From: Iphione sp. A-MEVVRFRX5
Taxonomy: Eukaryota
Direction of reading: 5' to 3'
NCBI GenBank assembly: GCA_976226885.1
Contig: OZ320316.1
Location: 71,610,001-71,674,000 of the forward strand
DNA length: 64,000 nucleotides
The stretch's first letter is position 1; each line of letters begins with the position of its first letter. A program made the position numbers and the translations under genes. A model generated the notes under the pieces. The model did not search any database. It saw only the letters and a list, made by a program, of their open reading frames with translations, and was not told the DNA's origin. Positions 12,751-27,778 of the stretch are shown one piece after another.

Positions 12751-15700
12751 GCGGCGAATGTGCTAGGCAGCATGGTAGACGTAATCATCGTTATTTTCCC
12801 GGGTTTAGCCTTTTTTTTCAACATGTATTCCAATTGTAACATCTACATATATTTTACGGGTGAAATTAAAAATCATTCTTTAATGTCTAGTCACGTCTTT
12901 CTTTCTACCTTGATGAGTAATGTGCTCTGATAGATATTTGGTATCTGACATCACCACGAAGGTTTCATTTTATAGCTACTAGTGCACAACAAAAATTACA
13001 CTTTCAGTACAAGAAAAGACTTCTGGCATACGATGGCGTGGCGCAAAGTGAAACATGATGCTGGAATGAAAAATAAGAACAAATTCAGACATACCTGAAG
13101 AGTGGCCCTGTAGGAAATACCAGCTACTGAATATACCATCAGGTACTGATAAAAATAAACTACAATTACTAATTCAAATTAGCAAAAAGCCTCATCATTA
13201 CAATCATCAGCATCATGTTAGTTCACATGAAAATCACTCACTTTAAAATCGTCTTTCTTGTAAACAAAGTGCAATGCAAAGGAACAATAAAGAGTTTTAA
13301 TATGGTAATCAAGTTTGATAGTTAATTGTTACCAAGAAAACCCTAACCACTCTTATACTTGGATGACCGAATTGTCCATAACGTGACAGAACACAGAACA
13401 ACTGTAAAATAACAATCGAAATATGAATATAACTCTTTGCTTATTGTAAAAAAAAAATGTTGTATATGCACCTTACGCATTATACGCATCATTCGTTATG
13501 GGAGCATTCCCACTTGACATTTGTAGCAGGATTTTCGTTTGTGACCTACATACATACACGTGAGTACCAATACTGCAGCATAGCTATCTACCTAACTGGA
13601 AACATTAAGTTCTTTTAATAACGCGTAAGAAGTGGCTACTTCACCACGCCTTTCCATGTCACCAGCTCTACCCGACATTCTTACATATTTAATTTGTAAT
13701 AAACTTAACGTATAGAGATTCTCTGGATAAAGCTTACAGACACCTATGTGAAGCTAACTTTAATGGTATCACTTCAAAGATTACTTTGAGAAAGGACAAT
13801 ATCTCACATATATATATATACCAAATGTATATACGTATCTACGACAACTCTTCTATGGCAAAATTTTCGGGATAAAAAAGCAGCCTCTAAAGTATTAACT
13901 GATGTATATAAATCAGGGACGGGTGCTTTGGCCACAGCTGGAATGTTATTAATGGCCAAATGAACTTACTGTTGTACCAGTCTGAGAGATGAACCGGAAA
14001 GGTCGTTTAATTATAATTCGCATATCATCATGAAAAGTCCAAATGTGTAAATGAGGGTAAAAAATTGCTGATGAAATAAGGCTAAAAGGTGTTTTCATTA
14101 ATTTCCCAAACCATATCACTTGCAAAAGTATGGCATGCATATCAGTGATAAAAATCATGAATGCTTTCTGCCCACAGTACTGAAAAATGTATTTGAAATC
14201 ATAAAATCTTATGCCGATGCAAGTGCAATGTTCTTTCTCTGGGATGGGTAAAATTTGGATGAAATGGAGCAAATAGTCAAATAAATAGATACAAAAAAGA
14301 TCTAGGTACATGTCTGCGGAATAAAAATGAAAGTCTTGTGCATATTCAATGAAGATAGTTAAAACTCAGAAAAGGCACACTCGAAATCCGAATGAACTCA
14401 ATATCAGAACACTTTCCCTTGTAACCAAATATATTTTATTTTAAATTTACACGTCTCTGAATAATTCAGTTTCTGAATATGAACAATATGTAGTCCAAAT
14501 CTGCATGGGCTGAGTACGGGCATTCCAAAAACACCCCTCAACGATTTCAGTCGGCCCCACACACTACAACATCTCTTCGAAGGGCATAGATTGGTGCGAA
14601 TATGTCCAAGATGTTCCCTTAGCGACTCCACTCAGCCACACATACAGTGGCACTTTATTGAAGCGTGTGTACGTTGGGATGTGTCTGCACATATGCAAAC
14701 TGCCTCTTCATCGGCTTGAACCGGTCTAGTAAAAAAGGGGGGTGAAATTGAGAAGTAAAATTGCTGGGTTCTGGTGAATATGAGTATAAAAGGCTGAGTG
14801 GCAGTGGATTGGAGGACTAAAAAGCTGAATTGTCGTGAATAAGGTGGTCTTTCCATGCACACATAAAACATGGAGACAGATGTGGGGCCAGGACAGCATG
14901 ATAATCAATCACACTGTATTTTAATGTTCCCTACCCTGGGTGCTTATTTCATGCACCCAGACCATGGTGCGTGAGTCAAAACCAGCAAGGTCTGGTCTTT
15001 CTGCACATGGATCCATGTGCGTTGTGCATGAGGCAGTCATTTTCTACTAATATCAGTTCCCAATAGTCTCCATAGGGGTTGTTTCATCTATTGTTTTAGC
15101 TACAGATACATGGAAAGGCCCTCACGCACAATGTTCCGTGTTGTGTGTGGACACTGCCCCAAAAAGTTGTTGGATGCATGGAAAGACTGCCTAAGAGGAT
15201 ACACCGATTCACCATGAATTTAAGGAGTACACAGAATTCAAAATCTAAAAATCCTGAAACCAAAATGATTTGACATGAAACAGTGGATATCCGGTTTTCG
15301 AGTTTCAAGTATATATGTACTTCCGTGCTATCATAGTTGCAGATATTCTTATGTACTTTACCTGAACATTTTTATTCATCATATACCGGAAAGTGTACTC
15401 TTTACATGTGAATAATATAAATGTATATATGCAACAATATTCGTATATATATTATCAGAATCTCTAATCTAATGAGCGATGTTCTAGGAGCACAAAGAGG
15501 ACCCCGCTAATGTCAATGCAAGACTAACGATGCATTGTCGCCACATCCTTTAATTCGTCCGGAATGATAGGGGATGAGCATATTAGGACGGGTCGTCGTT
15601 CCATAATGATCAATTCATTATCAAAGATAGGGCGGGGTCCACATCGGATCGAGAGCGGCTCCGAGGCAGTAGAAAAGAGTGCTGCTAAGGTGTGCACGTG

Positions 15701-18700
15701 GGAATGGATGGCGGGCGGGGGGTGTAGGAGGGGGGTGGCAGGCGGACGTACACACATTTATGCCGGACGTCGGGACAGTCATCATTAGTCTGAAAAGTAA
15801 CCGGGCACAGACGCAGTGATCATTTGATTCATCTCTTCCTTGTCCTCCCTCTCCTCCCCTCCCTTATCTCCTGGAGCCCTTTTTTTACTCGTCCCAGTGA
15901 AGATATTCGCGTGGTCACCAAGAGACAGATTCCATCCTAATGGCTTGCATTAATAATGGAGGCCCCTTCACAGCGGCGCCGATCCCGAGGTGCCGTTTTA
16001 TGGGCGCGTTTAATAGGAATAGCCGACAAGAAGACGTTCATTCGGTATAACCCCCACCTTCAGGATGGAATTTTCCCGGTATTCTGTTTTTACTTGCATT
16101 TTCAATGTCCTGTTAAGATACCGTTAAAAATTAAGATTAAACTATCAAACTCGAAAGGCCCCTCATGCTAAATTGATTTGATTGTGATGCACATCTGCTT
16201 ATGTCGCTTAATCAAAGCTGGGCGTATAACTGCGTATAAATGCAAGCAAAAATAATTCCGTGAAACGTGCCTTGTGTTACATTCCTTCACAAGCGTTGAC
16301 GCAGGCCGTGAAACTGAAACCTTGCGGCCGGTTTGAAGTTCGAAAGAGAGGGACGCTCTGTGGTTCATTAAAAGGTCACCAATAGGAGGATTCAAGTGCA
16401 CTGTTGTGTGAGGTAGCCACTCGCTCGCTCCTGTACAGTGGGATAGGTATCAGGCTTCGATGGCAGGTCGAATAGCAGTGATTACCCGTGGTAAGTGGAG
16501 AGACTCGATTTCGATTTATAGGCAGGATCATAATCAATGGAAATCCAGTGGATAGTAGGATAGTGGATTTGGGTGTTTCTCAGAGTGCATTATGTGTATA
16601 GAATCGGAAATATCCAGCAGATTCCTGCTTGAAAAACGTACTATTAAAGGGGAAAGATCAAGTTATGTATACAAGTAGAACCAAATCGGTACTTTGGTAT
16701 TGGAAGTATAGGCCACAAAGCGGGTAACCCTCGACTGTAAGTAGTTTTTGTCCCAACAAAGGCTTTCCCCGTTAGAGGCAGGAACTTCCGTGCAGAAAAA
16801 TGAAAATACTAACAACTAGCGCCGGAATAAATCGTCATGTGGTGTATGCAGAATTGTGTGCGTTCCCCTTGTTGGCGATAAGAAATATCAAAGGGCCATA
16901 AGGAAAGCAGATCAATAAATAAGCACTTATAGGGCCTACTGATTTATTTTAGATCGGAATTGCAGTGATGGTTTTGACTTGCCTGGCATGCCCATTCCAA
17001 TAGCCGTTGATACCTTGAATACGGCTAAAGAAAATATTAAATTTACTTAATACTAAAGTATCATGTCTGAACTAGAAAACATGATTCACTCTACCTCAAG
17101 CAAAGCAATAACATGTCAATGTTCGAGGTCTGTCACATGTATTTTTCCGCTATCGAATCTATTTTCCTAGTGAATTCTGTTTTGTCTCATAACGTTATCA
17201 AGAAGTTGAATTGGATTGACATGAGTTTAGCGGCTGTCTAACAGCTTAGAAATAGGGCCATGCGCGTCAATCTGGGGGAATATCAATGGCACCTTTCTCC
17301 CTATCTGACGCCCTATGCCATATTATAGGAAATAGTTTCTCGACCCATATAAAAGGCCCTCTGATAACCATGACGCTACCTTTGAATGCCAGACTTCAGA
17401 CGCTTTGCCAACCTTATGCTCGGTAAAATGGCCAAATGCTAGCCTGAAAGGAACTCACCAAAGAAGTATCGCTTGTCCTGCAAGGCATGATCAGATGCCT
17501 TTCGGTTATGGCGGGACTGACAGTATCTCCTGTTCCAGTGGGCCAGGGGTCTGCTATCAGGCCGAGAACCGTTTGCTTTTCAGTAGCTTACCCTTTGCCA
17601 CAGTCTTCATTAGACGTTCCGTAAGAAACGGCGAGTCAAAATAGGAGATGTGCCAAGAATTCCATTTTCAAGTCTTAAAGTTGGCAACGCGAAATGTTCC
17701 TTGGCAACGTCGGTCGCATTGTCAGAGAATCATGGGATGATATCGACGTTAGGGCTTCATACAAGGAATACTATACTTCGTCCGCTATTGCCTTGCTTTA
17801 AACTAGAGGGAACTTCTTCAGTTACTTCGCAGGCGATATATGTATTGCATTTACCCAGCATTGCCTGCTTGATTGATAAATATATTGGCATTACCGCATT
17901 CATTTTCCCCTAGTTATCAGGCCTGGCTATGCCTCCAGCATATTGCTCTAGCTTGTCACTGTTGGCGCTATTGTATAAAGCAAACAAACGGCCGTAATGG
18001 GTGTCTTGTTCACAGGCCATCTTGCACGACTCAATGCCCACGACGCAAGCAGGCGGTTATCTTACCTCTGCAGCATGTAGTTTTAGAGACGGATGCAGGG
18101 ACAAGGCCCTCCCGGAGGTGGGCTCCGCTTGTCTCGGCCAACAGAACCCGCAGCCGGGCGGAACCGGCCTCGACAGCAACGGCTCTCTTGGGGTTGCTGT
18201 GCGTTCGGTCTGGAGCGGTGCACATACACATAGGGTCGGTCATACACCGCTGGGGGTCCAACCACGAGGGCGCCAGTCACACAGCGCAATAATATCGGTA
18301 ATTGTTTCAAAAATACGTCTTGGGGCCTTTCTCTTGATTACAAACGCTGACGCATATTTTGTAAATAAGATCTGCAGGTGGGAAATCGAATGGTACATGT
18401 ATATTATATATGTTGATATTCTTCCTCATATGTGTAAATTCGTATGCATAGTATAATGTAAGAAAAACATTAAAGCAGATGATTAATTGTATCAATACCT
18501 TTTAGATTTTCGCGTCGGAAGGCATCCAATTGAGTTATTGTAAAACTCCGACAAGTCCAGCCGTCGGTCATCATTAAACATGGAAACTTTCATTCCGATT
18601 TGCGATTGACAAAAGACATGCTCAATCTACCTCGATAGTTGGCCATAGAAATTTAATTGATGGACATCAATAGAGTTCAATTATTAAACAGACTGCACTA

Positions 18701-21062
18701 CTGCATGGCGTTATGTTCCTTTTTACAATAAGAGAAATCATGCCTTTTCTCTTATGTGATAATTATCTGTCTTTAAAGTTTTTTTTCGACTGATTAGAGT
18801 ATAAATTGAATCCCCATTTGCTACTGCATTATCCTCCGTACACGTCATTCATCATAATTCAGTACTGCAACGAATAGCTCCTGTAAAGTGTTTGAAATAT
18901 AAGAGTGAGTTCTATTTGCACTGTTTTCCATATGATAAGATAGCTGAACGTATCTTACAAATCGGACCTTTTTATTACATCATCTTACTTCAATGCCCCT
19001 TAAATAAGGCACTCAATGAGAACAACATGCCAGACTGATCGACAATTTAAAACAATTGTACATAAAGGAAATGCGGACTGCAGGATTCACGCCCATCAAA
19101 GACAATGGCACTATGTACATATATCATTATTCTTATGTGTAATCTTAGAAAACACGCGCCGTTTGTAATCAATATAATCGATGTCCGTCGCTTTCAGGCT
19201 GAAGAGGCTCACGCTTGAGTAAATCCAAAGAATACTCTCACACCTCAAGGAGACAGCTAACGGAACACACAATAATTTCCAGGCGAATTTCTCCGTGCCT
19301 CGCGGGAGCGTGAGATCATCTTTTTAGACTATTAGACTGATTAAATGGACCCGGCGAGAGGACAATATACGGGATATACTCAGCCTGTTCTAGGGTCGCG
19401 CCGACCTTCTTTAAGTCGACGCTAGATGTTCGATGATCTGTCTTCATTAAGCTGGTACTGTCTGCGTGCTCGGTTAGTCGCGAACGACCAATCACGGTCC
19501 TTGAACGGACACCCTCGTCCCCAACATTTTAGCGTCTATGCTTCACACAGGCAATGGCTCACTTGGCCCAACAATGCCATCGGAGGGGACAATGGACCAG
19601 TGTGGCTAACCCTAAACCTCAGCCAGCCATCAGTCTCTGACCGCCTTATCAGTACATTAGAGAAACACAGACGGCCAACTTGCTGTGTTTCTTGCATGTC
19701 GGGGTGGTGGGTAAAGACTCATAGAGCATCTTGAGAAACTCTTTGTCCTACATGTATATCCTTCGCTGCCCTGGACAAAATCGTCAATAAACAGGACAGG
19801 TTGTTCCTCACAGAAAAATGGAAGAAGCAGCAAGACCGGGTGTACTTCTTAGTACTCATATTTGTATCTTACGCTGGTGAAATATAACAGATTCTATAAA
19901 ACCGTTATTCTGTTTTAGCAAGAATATTTACTATACTTCGTATTCTCATTCGAGTTCCTAATGATTTAAAAAGAAAAAGACTGAAGTGAATTTGATTTGA
20001 TTTTATCAAATATGAAGACGCGCCGTGAAATAGAGGCAAATTTGGGAGTTTATCTTTTAACATATCTTAAAAGGTAAGCGATAGCGAGAGTGTCAGTAAT
20101 GGGTGCCTGTATTATCTGCGTCATTTACTGGTTTCCGTTGGAGAGGCATCCATTTGAATCCGGTCCAACACTGGTTCAAGCTAACGGTCGTGAAAGCAAA
20201 CCGTTGGATCATACACGTTCGCCGACAAGTCCCTGTGTCATTTGCAGGCGGCTCCATGCCATCAGACATTTTTTTCTTTAACAAGACGGCAGCTAGAAGA
20301 GCTGCACAAAGAAGGAATCATTATCTGCACAGGAGGTGTTCGTGAGCTGCTCGCATGCAACCAAGCAGCTCAAAAGCGAGCATGCATGAGGGGGCGAATC
20401 CGGAGCTCAATTTTTAGGGTGCCACCATCTTTTGTGGTTCCCATTGCATCCATTCATTGGCCAACTCTGCACGAACAAATCACGACCTGTGAGCGAATCT
20501 GGAAGCGCAAATAATGCTACCAATTCGTTTCCATTATTTTCCATTTTCATGGAGAGCATAGTGTAATGCATACAGGTGAGCCTTGCACAGTTTTTTTTAA
20601 AGATATCCAGTGAGGAGCATTTAGGAGATTCTATTGTACGTTCATTTGTACGTTGTCACAAATCTAATCTTTCCAATCTAAAGCAAGGTAACTCGGGAGT
20701 GCACAACACAACATATATATTCCAGGATAGTCGTATAATTTAACATGCCTGGGATATCTTTAGTGTCATAGTCAATCATTTGCTCATAATCAGTCTTCGA
20801 CTGGGAAGTGTAAACCTGTGTGGATTGTCTTTTCTATGATTGATTAATTCATATGCATGTATGCTATTCTCTCACTCTTCCAAATGTATTTTGTTTACTT
20901 AGGATGCTGGGAGAACATTACTTGGATATTCTAGGATTGTTGAATAATCGAACACGCCCGTGCGGAACAATACATATTATCAATGCTTTTTATTCATTGA
21001 GAATCAATTTTGTTCAGGTAATGGGGAACTATGTGAATTTTATTTTCTATTGTGAATCAACC

Positions 21063-23727
21063 ATGGAAGGGCTGAAGTTAGTAACACTCAATGTGCGTAA
21101 TTTGCCAAAAAAAACTGGACCTGTTAAGATACCATCTGACAAGTGAGGACATAGACATACATTGCCTTGTTGAAACCTGGCTTAATGACTCTCACAAAGA
21201 CAGTGATATCTTGATTGAGGGGTACAGGGTTATATGTAGGGATAGGTCATTGACTAGTCATAAAAGGGGTGGGGGAGTGGCATTATACTACAAAACCTCG
21301 CTCAATGTCATAAAAGCTGACCGCTTTGCTGACAAAGACTCCAAGTGTGAGTTCATGGCGGTAACTTTCAGTGGCCCTAAGAGAAGGCCATTGACCATAC
21401 TGGGGGTCTATAGACCTCCGGATGACTGCCCCAAATTATCAGTCAATGCGATTCAGTCCGTTTATTGACAGCTAGGACTGGAAAGCGACAGGACATGATC
21501 CTGACTGGAGACATGAATTTTGACTTCCTCCAACCTGGGAAGGGTGGGCAGGGGTTGTTTGGGCAGCTGATCAGTTTGGGCTTTACCCAGCTGATTTATG
21601 AGGGGACTATGGTCGACAGTCACTCATGTCTAGACCACATTTGGGTGAAATTTCCTGGTAGGCTACAAAGTGGAGCACTTGAATGGCCCTTGAGCGACCA
21701 CCTACTAGTAATGTGTATTGTGAAGAAGGGCACTGACCGAACTAATTGTCCTGTCCAATACTACAGAGAATGGCACCGTCTGAATATACCCTCGCTTGTT
21801 GACTCACTTAGGGAGGATGCTGTTAACATGACTGGTAGTCATGAGGCAGCCTGGGACTGCTTTGAGGAGACACATGCCCCGAGAAGTTACACAGAGGCTG
21901 TAGACCTAAGAAAGGCATCAAGCTAAGTCGAGACACTATGGAGTTAATGAAAGATCGTCAATATTTCCTACGTAGATGGAAGAAAACAAAGTAACTTGAT
22001 TATCATAGAATATACAAGTTCCTTAACAGACAAACTAGGAAGGCAGTCGCTGAAAATGTTCGGCTTTACTGGCACTCTAAACTGAAAATGGCCAGGGGAG
22101 ACAGTGCGAAATACTGGGGGATGACATCCAAGGCACATCGACACCAAACTTCCCTCAGAAGTGCCAAATGGGGCAGATGCTTCTTAGACAATATAAAGAA
22201 GTTGGTGTCCTGTGCTAATAGTCTCCAGGACAGGAACATCACGACTCCTTCTACCAAAACATTTGAATTGGAAGCACCCTCTCCCCTAATGGTGTGCAAG
22301 TTGGTCCAGAAACAGAAACTGACCAAGGCCTCTGGAGTTCCAGGAATTCCAACAAGAGTGCTGAAACCAGTACTGCTTGGCCTGCCAGATTTCTTAGCAT
22401 GGATTTTCTCAAAGATACTCAAGACGGGCATTTACCCCACTTCATGGAATGTGGCTAGAGTGACACCAGTCTTCAAAAAGGGGGACCCAGAAGACCTGAC
22501 CAACTACAGACCGGTGTCAATACTGCCCCTTCCAGGGAAAATCTGTGAAGGATGGTTTGCAAGGACTTTGATGCAGGAGATTGAGAGCAGGGGATACTTC
22601 TCGAATGCCCAGCACAGCTTTCGGGCTGCCAGAAGCATGGAGACCGGCATCCTGGATCTTGTAAATAAGGCTATGGATAATGACAACAAAGGGTACTATC
22701 AATGCCTACTTACTTTTGATAGGCAGAAGGCCTTTGATGTCATCCCCCACGCAAGCATCCTCCGAAACCTAGTTGCAGCAGGGGGCAGGACCACTAACTT
22801 GTGTCTTAATAAAAGGCTACCTCAGTGGGCAAAAATAGTTCATCTGTTGCAGAGGTATCAACTCTGATGTGTCGCCATTAGACCAGGGAGTCCCACAAGG
22901 GTCAATCTGTGGAACTGGGGAATTCAATATTGTCACCAATGATATTGTGTCCTGCATTCCAGACAACTGCAAGCTGGTGATGTATGCTGATGATCTTTCG
23001 GTCCCGGTGGCCAGGTCTGACTTGCTTTGACTGAGGGCTCTATGCAAGAACTTCATCAACTGCATCACCACTTGGTGCAAGATGGAAGGCTCCCATCTAA
23101 GTGTTGAGAAATGTTCATATCTGCCATTGGGCAAAGCCAGAGGCATACCACTGGACTTGGTATGTTCCAAGCAACCGCTGTGACAAGAATCAGTCACCAA
23201 ACTGCTGGGTTACCACATAGATGGTGGCTATCCTTTATTGATGACCTTAAGATGTAAAGAAATCTACTTGGGGAATATCAAGAGGGCCAAGCCGGATCAA
23301 ACAAAAGATCCCAATCCAGACTAGGCTCCAACTGTTCCTCTTTCTTGTGATGACCCATGTGATGTATCATTCACTGCTATATTTTGGCCTGTCACAATTA
23401 TGCCTGATTGAACTGCAAGTTGATGTCAATCTATGTGCCTGGTTGTGCATCTAGATGAAGGCATACCTAAGCAGTATCTGTGTAAGTCAAAGACTGGGAA
23501 TCAAGAGAGTTGAGGAAATAGTGAGAGACAGGGGGATCTTGGCAGTGCATTGCCACAAACTGAAAGAGGGATCATGAGGAGTGGCTCCTCAGTGCAGGGA
23601 AAGGTGTCCCGCCCAAGGACTTCAAGGTATGCCAGGTCACTCCTCTACAAGGGGTGTTGTCATGGAATGCTCTCCCACCTGGGATAAAAGAACTAAAGAA
23701 GCAACTGTCTCTGACTAGATCATAGGG
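21063..23727 (+). mobile_element. Decayed CR1/L2-group LINE ORF2 (APE endonuclease + reverse transcriptase)
   Basis: APE motifs: LVTLNVRNL, CLVETWL, RGGGVALY, GVYRPP, LTGDMNFD, LDHIWV, SDHLLV. RT motifs: WNVARVTPVFKKGDPEDLTNYRPVSILP, QHSFR, DRQKAFDVIPH, GVPQGS, MYADD, and C-terminal SWNALPPGIKE. Many frameshifts and stops. Confidence 0.93.
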
Positions 23728-24699
23728 GCTGTATTTCCTTCAGCGAATTCGAAATGTTTGTTTGTGAGACTCGCTGTTACAATCAACTTGCTGCTGTACA
23801 TGCTTTGTGTGAATCGTACCCTGTTTGGTATTACCATGATTTGCCTAAAAGAACTAGGTTACTTGATACAATAGTGTTCTGATCTGTTGTATTTCTGTGT
23901 ACTGGAATTTACCTACAACATGGCTGCCATGCACTCTCCCTTTTGGTAGTAACATTTTCTAATACAAGCTGGCATAAGAGTACTGTAGTTAGACTCAACC
24001 TCTGTGGGCTATCCTCCTTGGCAAATGCATTCAAGGATCAGTTAATGAAGTTTTATATAATGTAACTATTAAAGTGGCATAAATGTAACCTACAGTTCTA
24101 TCAACTAAACAAGTAGGACTAGGTGTCTCTTGGGGAACTATGTCGCTATCTGTCTTTTCAGACATACTGTCTGTCTCATTTGTAGATTGTTGAAGTTATT
24201 TCTTATGGTGTTGAGCTGTCCTCATACCCTTGTCCAATTCTCAGAACATTCTGATGCGATACTTCTTTTACTATAGGTTGTGGGTACTGTGGTGAATGAT
24301 CTTAAGTACTATCATCAGACTGTTCCATCATCAATTCAGAAAATAGCCATGAACATCAGTACTTTAAATGTTCATATAGTAATGTTTTGTTGCTACAAGA
24401 GTTACCGGAAAGGAGAACAGAAGCACTGAGCCCGGTTGGGACACATTCATAACAATCTTGGGTCTATGTATCCTAGATGCATATAAAAGGATAACCTCTC
24501 TAAAGAACTACTACATGCTGTTCAGTCAAATATCTGAGTAACCAATGATCTGCCTTGGACATGACAATGCCCTATTCTCCTGTCAAGTACTTTCTTACTT
24601 ACTGTGTGTGGTATATATATACTTGTACCACTATCTAAGGCTGCTACCACCAGGAAACTACAAACATATCCCACTTGTGTAAGGCCTCTAAATTAATAG

Positions 24700-24920
24700 T
24701 AGGCCTCTTATTCATATAATAAACTATGTATGGCATGAATAACTGTTAAATTGCTTATGACTAGTTAACTCTCTTCCTTTTTCCCAGGGTATAACTTGAT
24801 GTAAGAATTTGTTCATAATCTCAACAATCGACTTTTTGTTCAAACAATTTATGATCTTGTAACAGCTCTGTAACTGATATAGAGAGAGATTAATAAAGAA
24901 CTTGAACTTGAACTTGAACT
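24700..24920 (+). mobile_element. LINE-type 3' tail: AATAAA followed by (GAACTT)n
   Basis: AATAAA at 24892-24897 is immediately followed by almost four GAACTT units (24898-24920), the short-tandem-tail architecture of CR1/L2-group LINEs. The left boundary is a guess. It may be the 3' end of the 21063 element or an independent truncated copy. Confidence 0.55.
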
Positions 24921-25779
24921 CGCAGCACACCATAGATGCACAAATAAAACCTAGCACAAGATTACACACTCAAGAACCATTAAATCGAAGCACATAAATA
25001 TGGTTGTATTATGTTTTTATGATTTTATTCATACTGGAGTGAATCTTACATAAATATATTTGTGGATCCAGTATCAACCAGCTCAAGTTTTTGGTTATGG
25101 TATATAGTATATTTATCGACATATTCAATGTATCCATCAACAATATGTTGCCAAGAAAGTTACCATGTCTCCATTGAGTCTGTGATATCATGTTCCGTTC
25201 ACTCAACCGTCATTCAGCCACCTGTGATCAACTGTTTTTTTTTCTTTTAATAAAGGCTCCTAGATTGTGATTCTCCAATCCATTAGTTGTCTCATTAATA
25301 TATACAGTTGAAAACGTTCTGTTCTGAGATGAGTGAAATGTCATGGAATGATCATATCCGTGGAAATTTAGTGCTTGTAATTAGGCTTATCTCAGAGAAA
25401 TTAGAAATGTTTCACGTATGCTCGCAAATTGTAGAGTTGGCACGAAGTCAACGACCTGTTCACAATACTATGATGGCATTAGTGGTCTAGGGCAGCGCCC
25501 TGTCTTGCTCTCTTTATTACACTTGATACATGTTGTAGTCATAGACAGCACCCAGTCTCGAATTTAAGTTCATTAACTCATTATCCAGTGTAATGCCCTG
25601 TGTCCATTTGTTAAGTACATCGACGAATCATCCAGGGCAGTTCCCTATGTCTTAGTTTAACGACGTTGCGATCAAGTTGCAGCTTTGTGTCATCTTAATG
25701 GATAACTCATTACTACTACCCCACTACCTAGAGCTGTTTTAGGGCATCAAAAAGTCCGATTTCACCGATGATTGCCTGC

Positions 25780-26700
25780 GCTTATCTCATACGCATGAAT
25801 TCAACTTTAGGGAGATTAGTTTCAGCAACTGTTAAAGTGGTGTCCCAAAGGGAGTCAAATCTATATCGTATACTCTGTTTAAATTTACTCTTTTCTATGT
25901 CTGGGTCTGGGTGTTACGTGCATTCGCTCATTCTCACGTGTCGTAATCCTGTCCCCATCCTCCAACTGGTTAGTAGCATTAAAGCTCATAGTGGCATAAC
26001 CCTCCCTTAGGATTCTTGTTACTCTGACCATATTAAATCTCATTCTCCACTTCTCTTGATACGTTTCCTAGTATCACCAGTTCATGTGACCTTCTCCTTA
26101 ATTAGAGGCAAAAAAAGTTGAAAAGCAGTGCTGGAGTTGTCAAGGACGAACATTGGACTATAGTCCATTGCAGGCAGCATCGTTTTTTGCCAGCTCAACT
26201 GAAATGTATTTCCTGATTTTACTGAAATGTTTTAGTCTATTGTAGCCCTTGCTTATCCTATTCAACACGTGAGGCTTGACGGTTAGGCATGCATCAATTG
26301 TTACACCTAGGTACTTGAAGGTTCGCACACAGAACAGCTTGATACCCTCATAGTTCACATTCCTTTTGTTGCTTAGGTTTGTAGGAGAATGACATACGTT
26401 CTGTTTTACTAATACTCACCTTGATTTTGTTGTTACATGCCCAGGTATACAATTCATCCAGCCCTGTCTATAGTTTATGTTGACAATCCTCGTTTATTCT
26501 GCCGTTGGCAACTAATACCACATCATCAGCATAGAGGATGATTTGACAGCAGGTGTTTGATAATGACAGATTATTAAAGAAACGCACAAAGAGAAGGAGC
26601 CCTAGGATTGAGCCTTGCAGCACCCCACAAGCTACAGGTATAGGGTAGGACTTTTTCCAAACCGGGGATATTCGAGCCTCAACCTTTATTACGGGATGCC
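25780..26700 (-). mobile_element. 5'-truncated CR1/L2-group LINE RT fragment
   Basis: The minus strand reads CGVLQGSILGLLLF...IILYADDVV...WACNNKIKVSISKT...FKYLGVTIDACLT (ORF 26158-26358) and, further 3', FKQSIRYRFDSLW. Confidence 0.88.
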
Positions 26701-27641
26701 TAATTAAAAAAGATTAATGCGAGGACCACTGCGATCAATAAAGAAATTAAAGCCTAATGACTTTTATTAACATTTTATTTCGAATAATGAAGTCCTAAGC
26801 CATATATATAGATTGGGTTGGCCACATAGAGACTAAAGGTACTCCCCCTGTCTATCCCCGCTATTCTCAGTCCGTATATATGTTTCCAGGAGACGGGAGT
26901 GATTATAGGAGCTCAGGTTATTGATATGTCTACGAACGAAGGAGATAACAGAATAAAAGAATTGAAGGGCAAATAATTAAAGATAGACAACGACAGGAAA
27001 ACAAATCCCGGTAAAGTAAAATCCTAAGAACTTATGGCTACACAAAAACAAATTGAAGCTAGAAAGATTAAGACTGATAATTGGACATCAGCAACCGACT
27101 GGTGACTGCTACAGAACAGCAAACAAGATGAGCTCCGAAGGGAGTTGTGGCCATGAATCAAATGTGCAGGATCGCCTGAAGCTTACAGAAGCATCAAATG
27201 CCAGCACAAACACTGCCATTGATATTACACGTCCCGTCTCGCAAATATGGTTCCTCATTTGTATGTGAACTGTCAAGCCTATCTGTAATGTTCCCATGCA
27301 ACTCAACAGTGCTCATGCATGAAATGGCAAGGACACTATCAGATCCCCGACATCCTTTTGTAATGATCCAATATGCACAACAGAGATTCCGTTGTAGCAA
27401 GGGACATAACTATATGGGTATTAATCGCTCGAATACTGAAGCATCATGCGAAACGATTTCTCCACTCAAGCGCTTCATCTTAGCGATGTATTTAACCCTA
27501 TGACTGCGAAGCGAGCTTTGCAATTTTGAGGCGAGTTTCCAATTGTTAACACTGGAAATTTAATTTCCCATAGCCAAGCAACTCATGTAAAATTAATTAA
27601 GCTTTGTTCCATTTTGTTCTGATTGTACTTTACCGTTTCAG

Positions 27642-27778
27642 GTCCGGATTTCTGGGGACTGGTCAATCCCGAGTGGGCCCTATGCAGTAAGGGTAAAAAG
27701 CAATCGCCTGTGAACATCGACCCACGAACCCTGCTGTACGATCCCAGCCTGAAACATGTCAGGGTGGACAAACATAGG
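27642..27778 (+). CDS. CA10: Internal coding exon of carbonic anhydrase-related protein (CA10/CA11-like, CARP)
   Basis: Acceptor ttaccgtttcAG at 27640-41 and donor GTgagt at 27779. The exon is 137 nt (phase 1 in, phase 0 out) and encodes (G)PDFWGLVNPEWALCSKGKKQSPVNIDPRTLLYDPSLKHVRVDKHR. This matches the CA10/CA11 FWGLVN..W.LCS.GK.QSPVNI signature and contains the alpha-CA QSP(V/I)NI motif. Confidence 0.95.

Noticed and set aside
23658-23674. TGTCATGGAATGCTCTC resembles miR-281
   Set aside because: It is the LINE C-terminal SWNAL codons, has a gap relative to the miRNA, and no precursor hairpin is evident.
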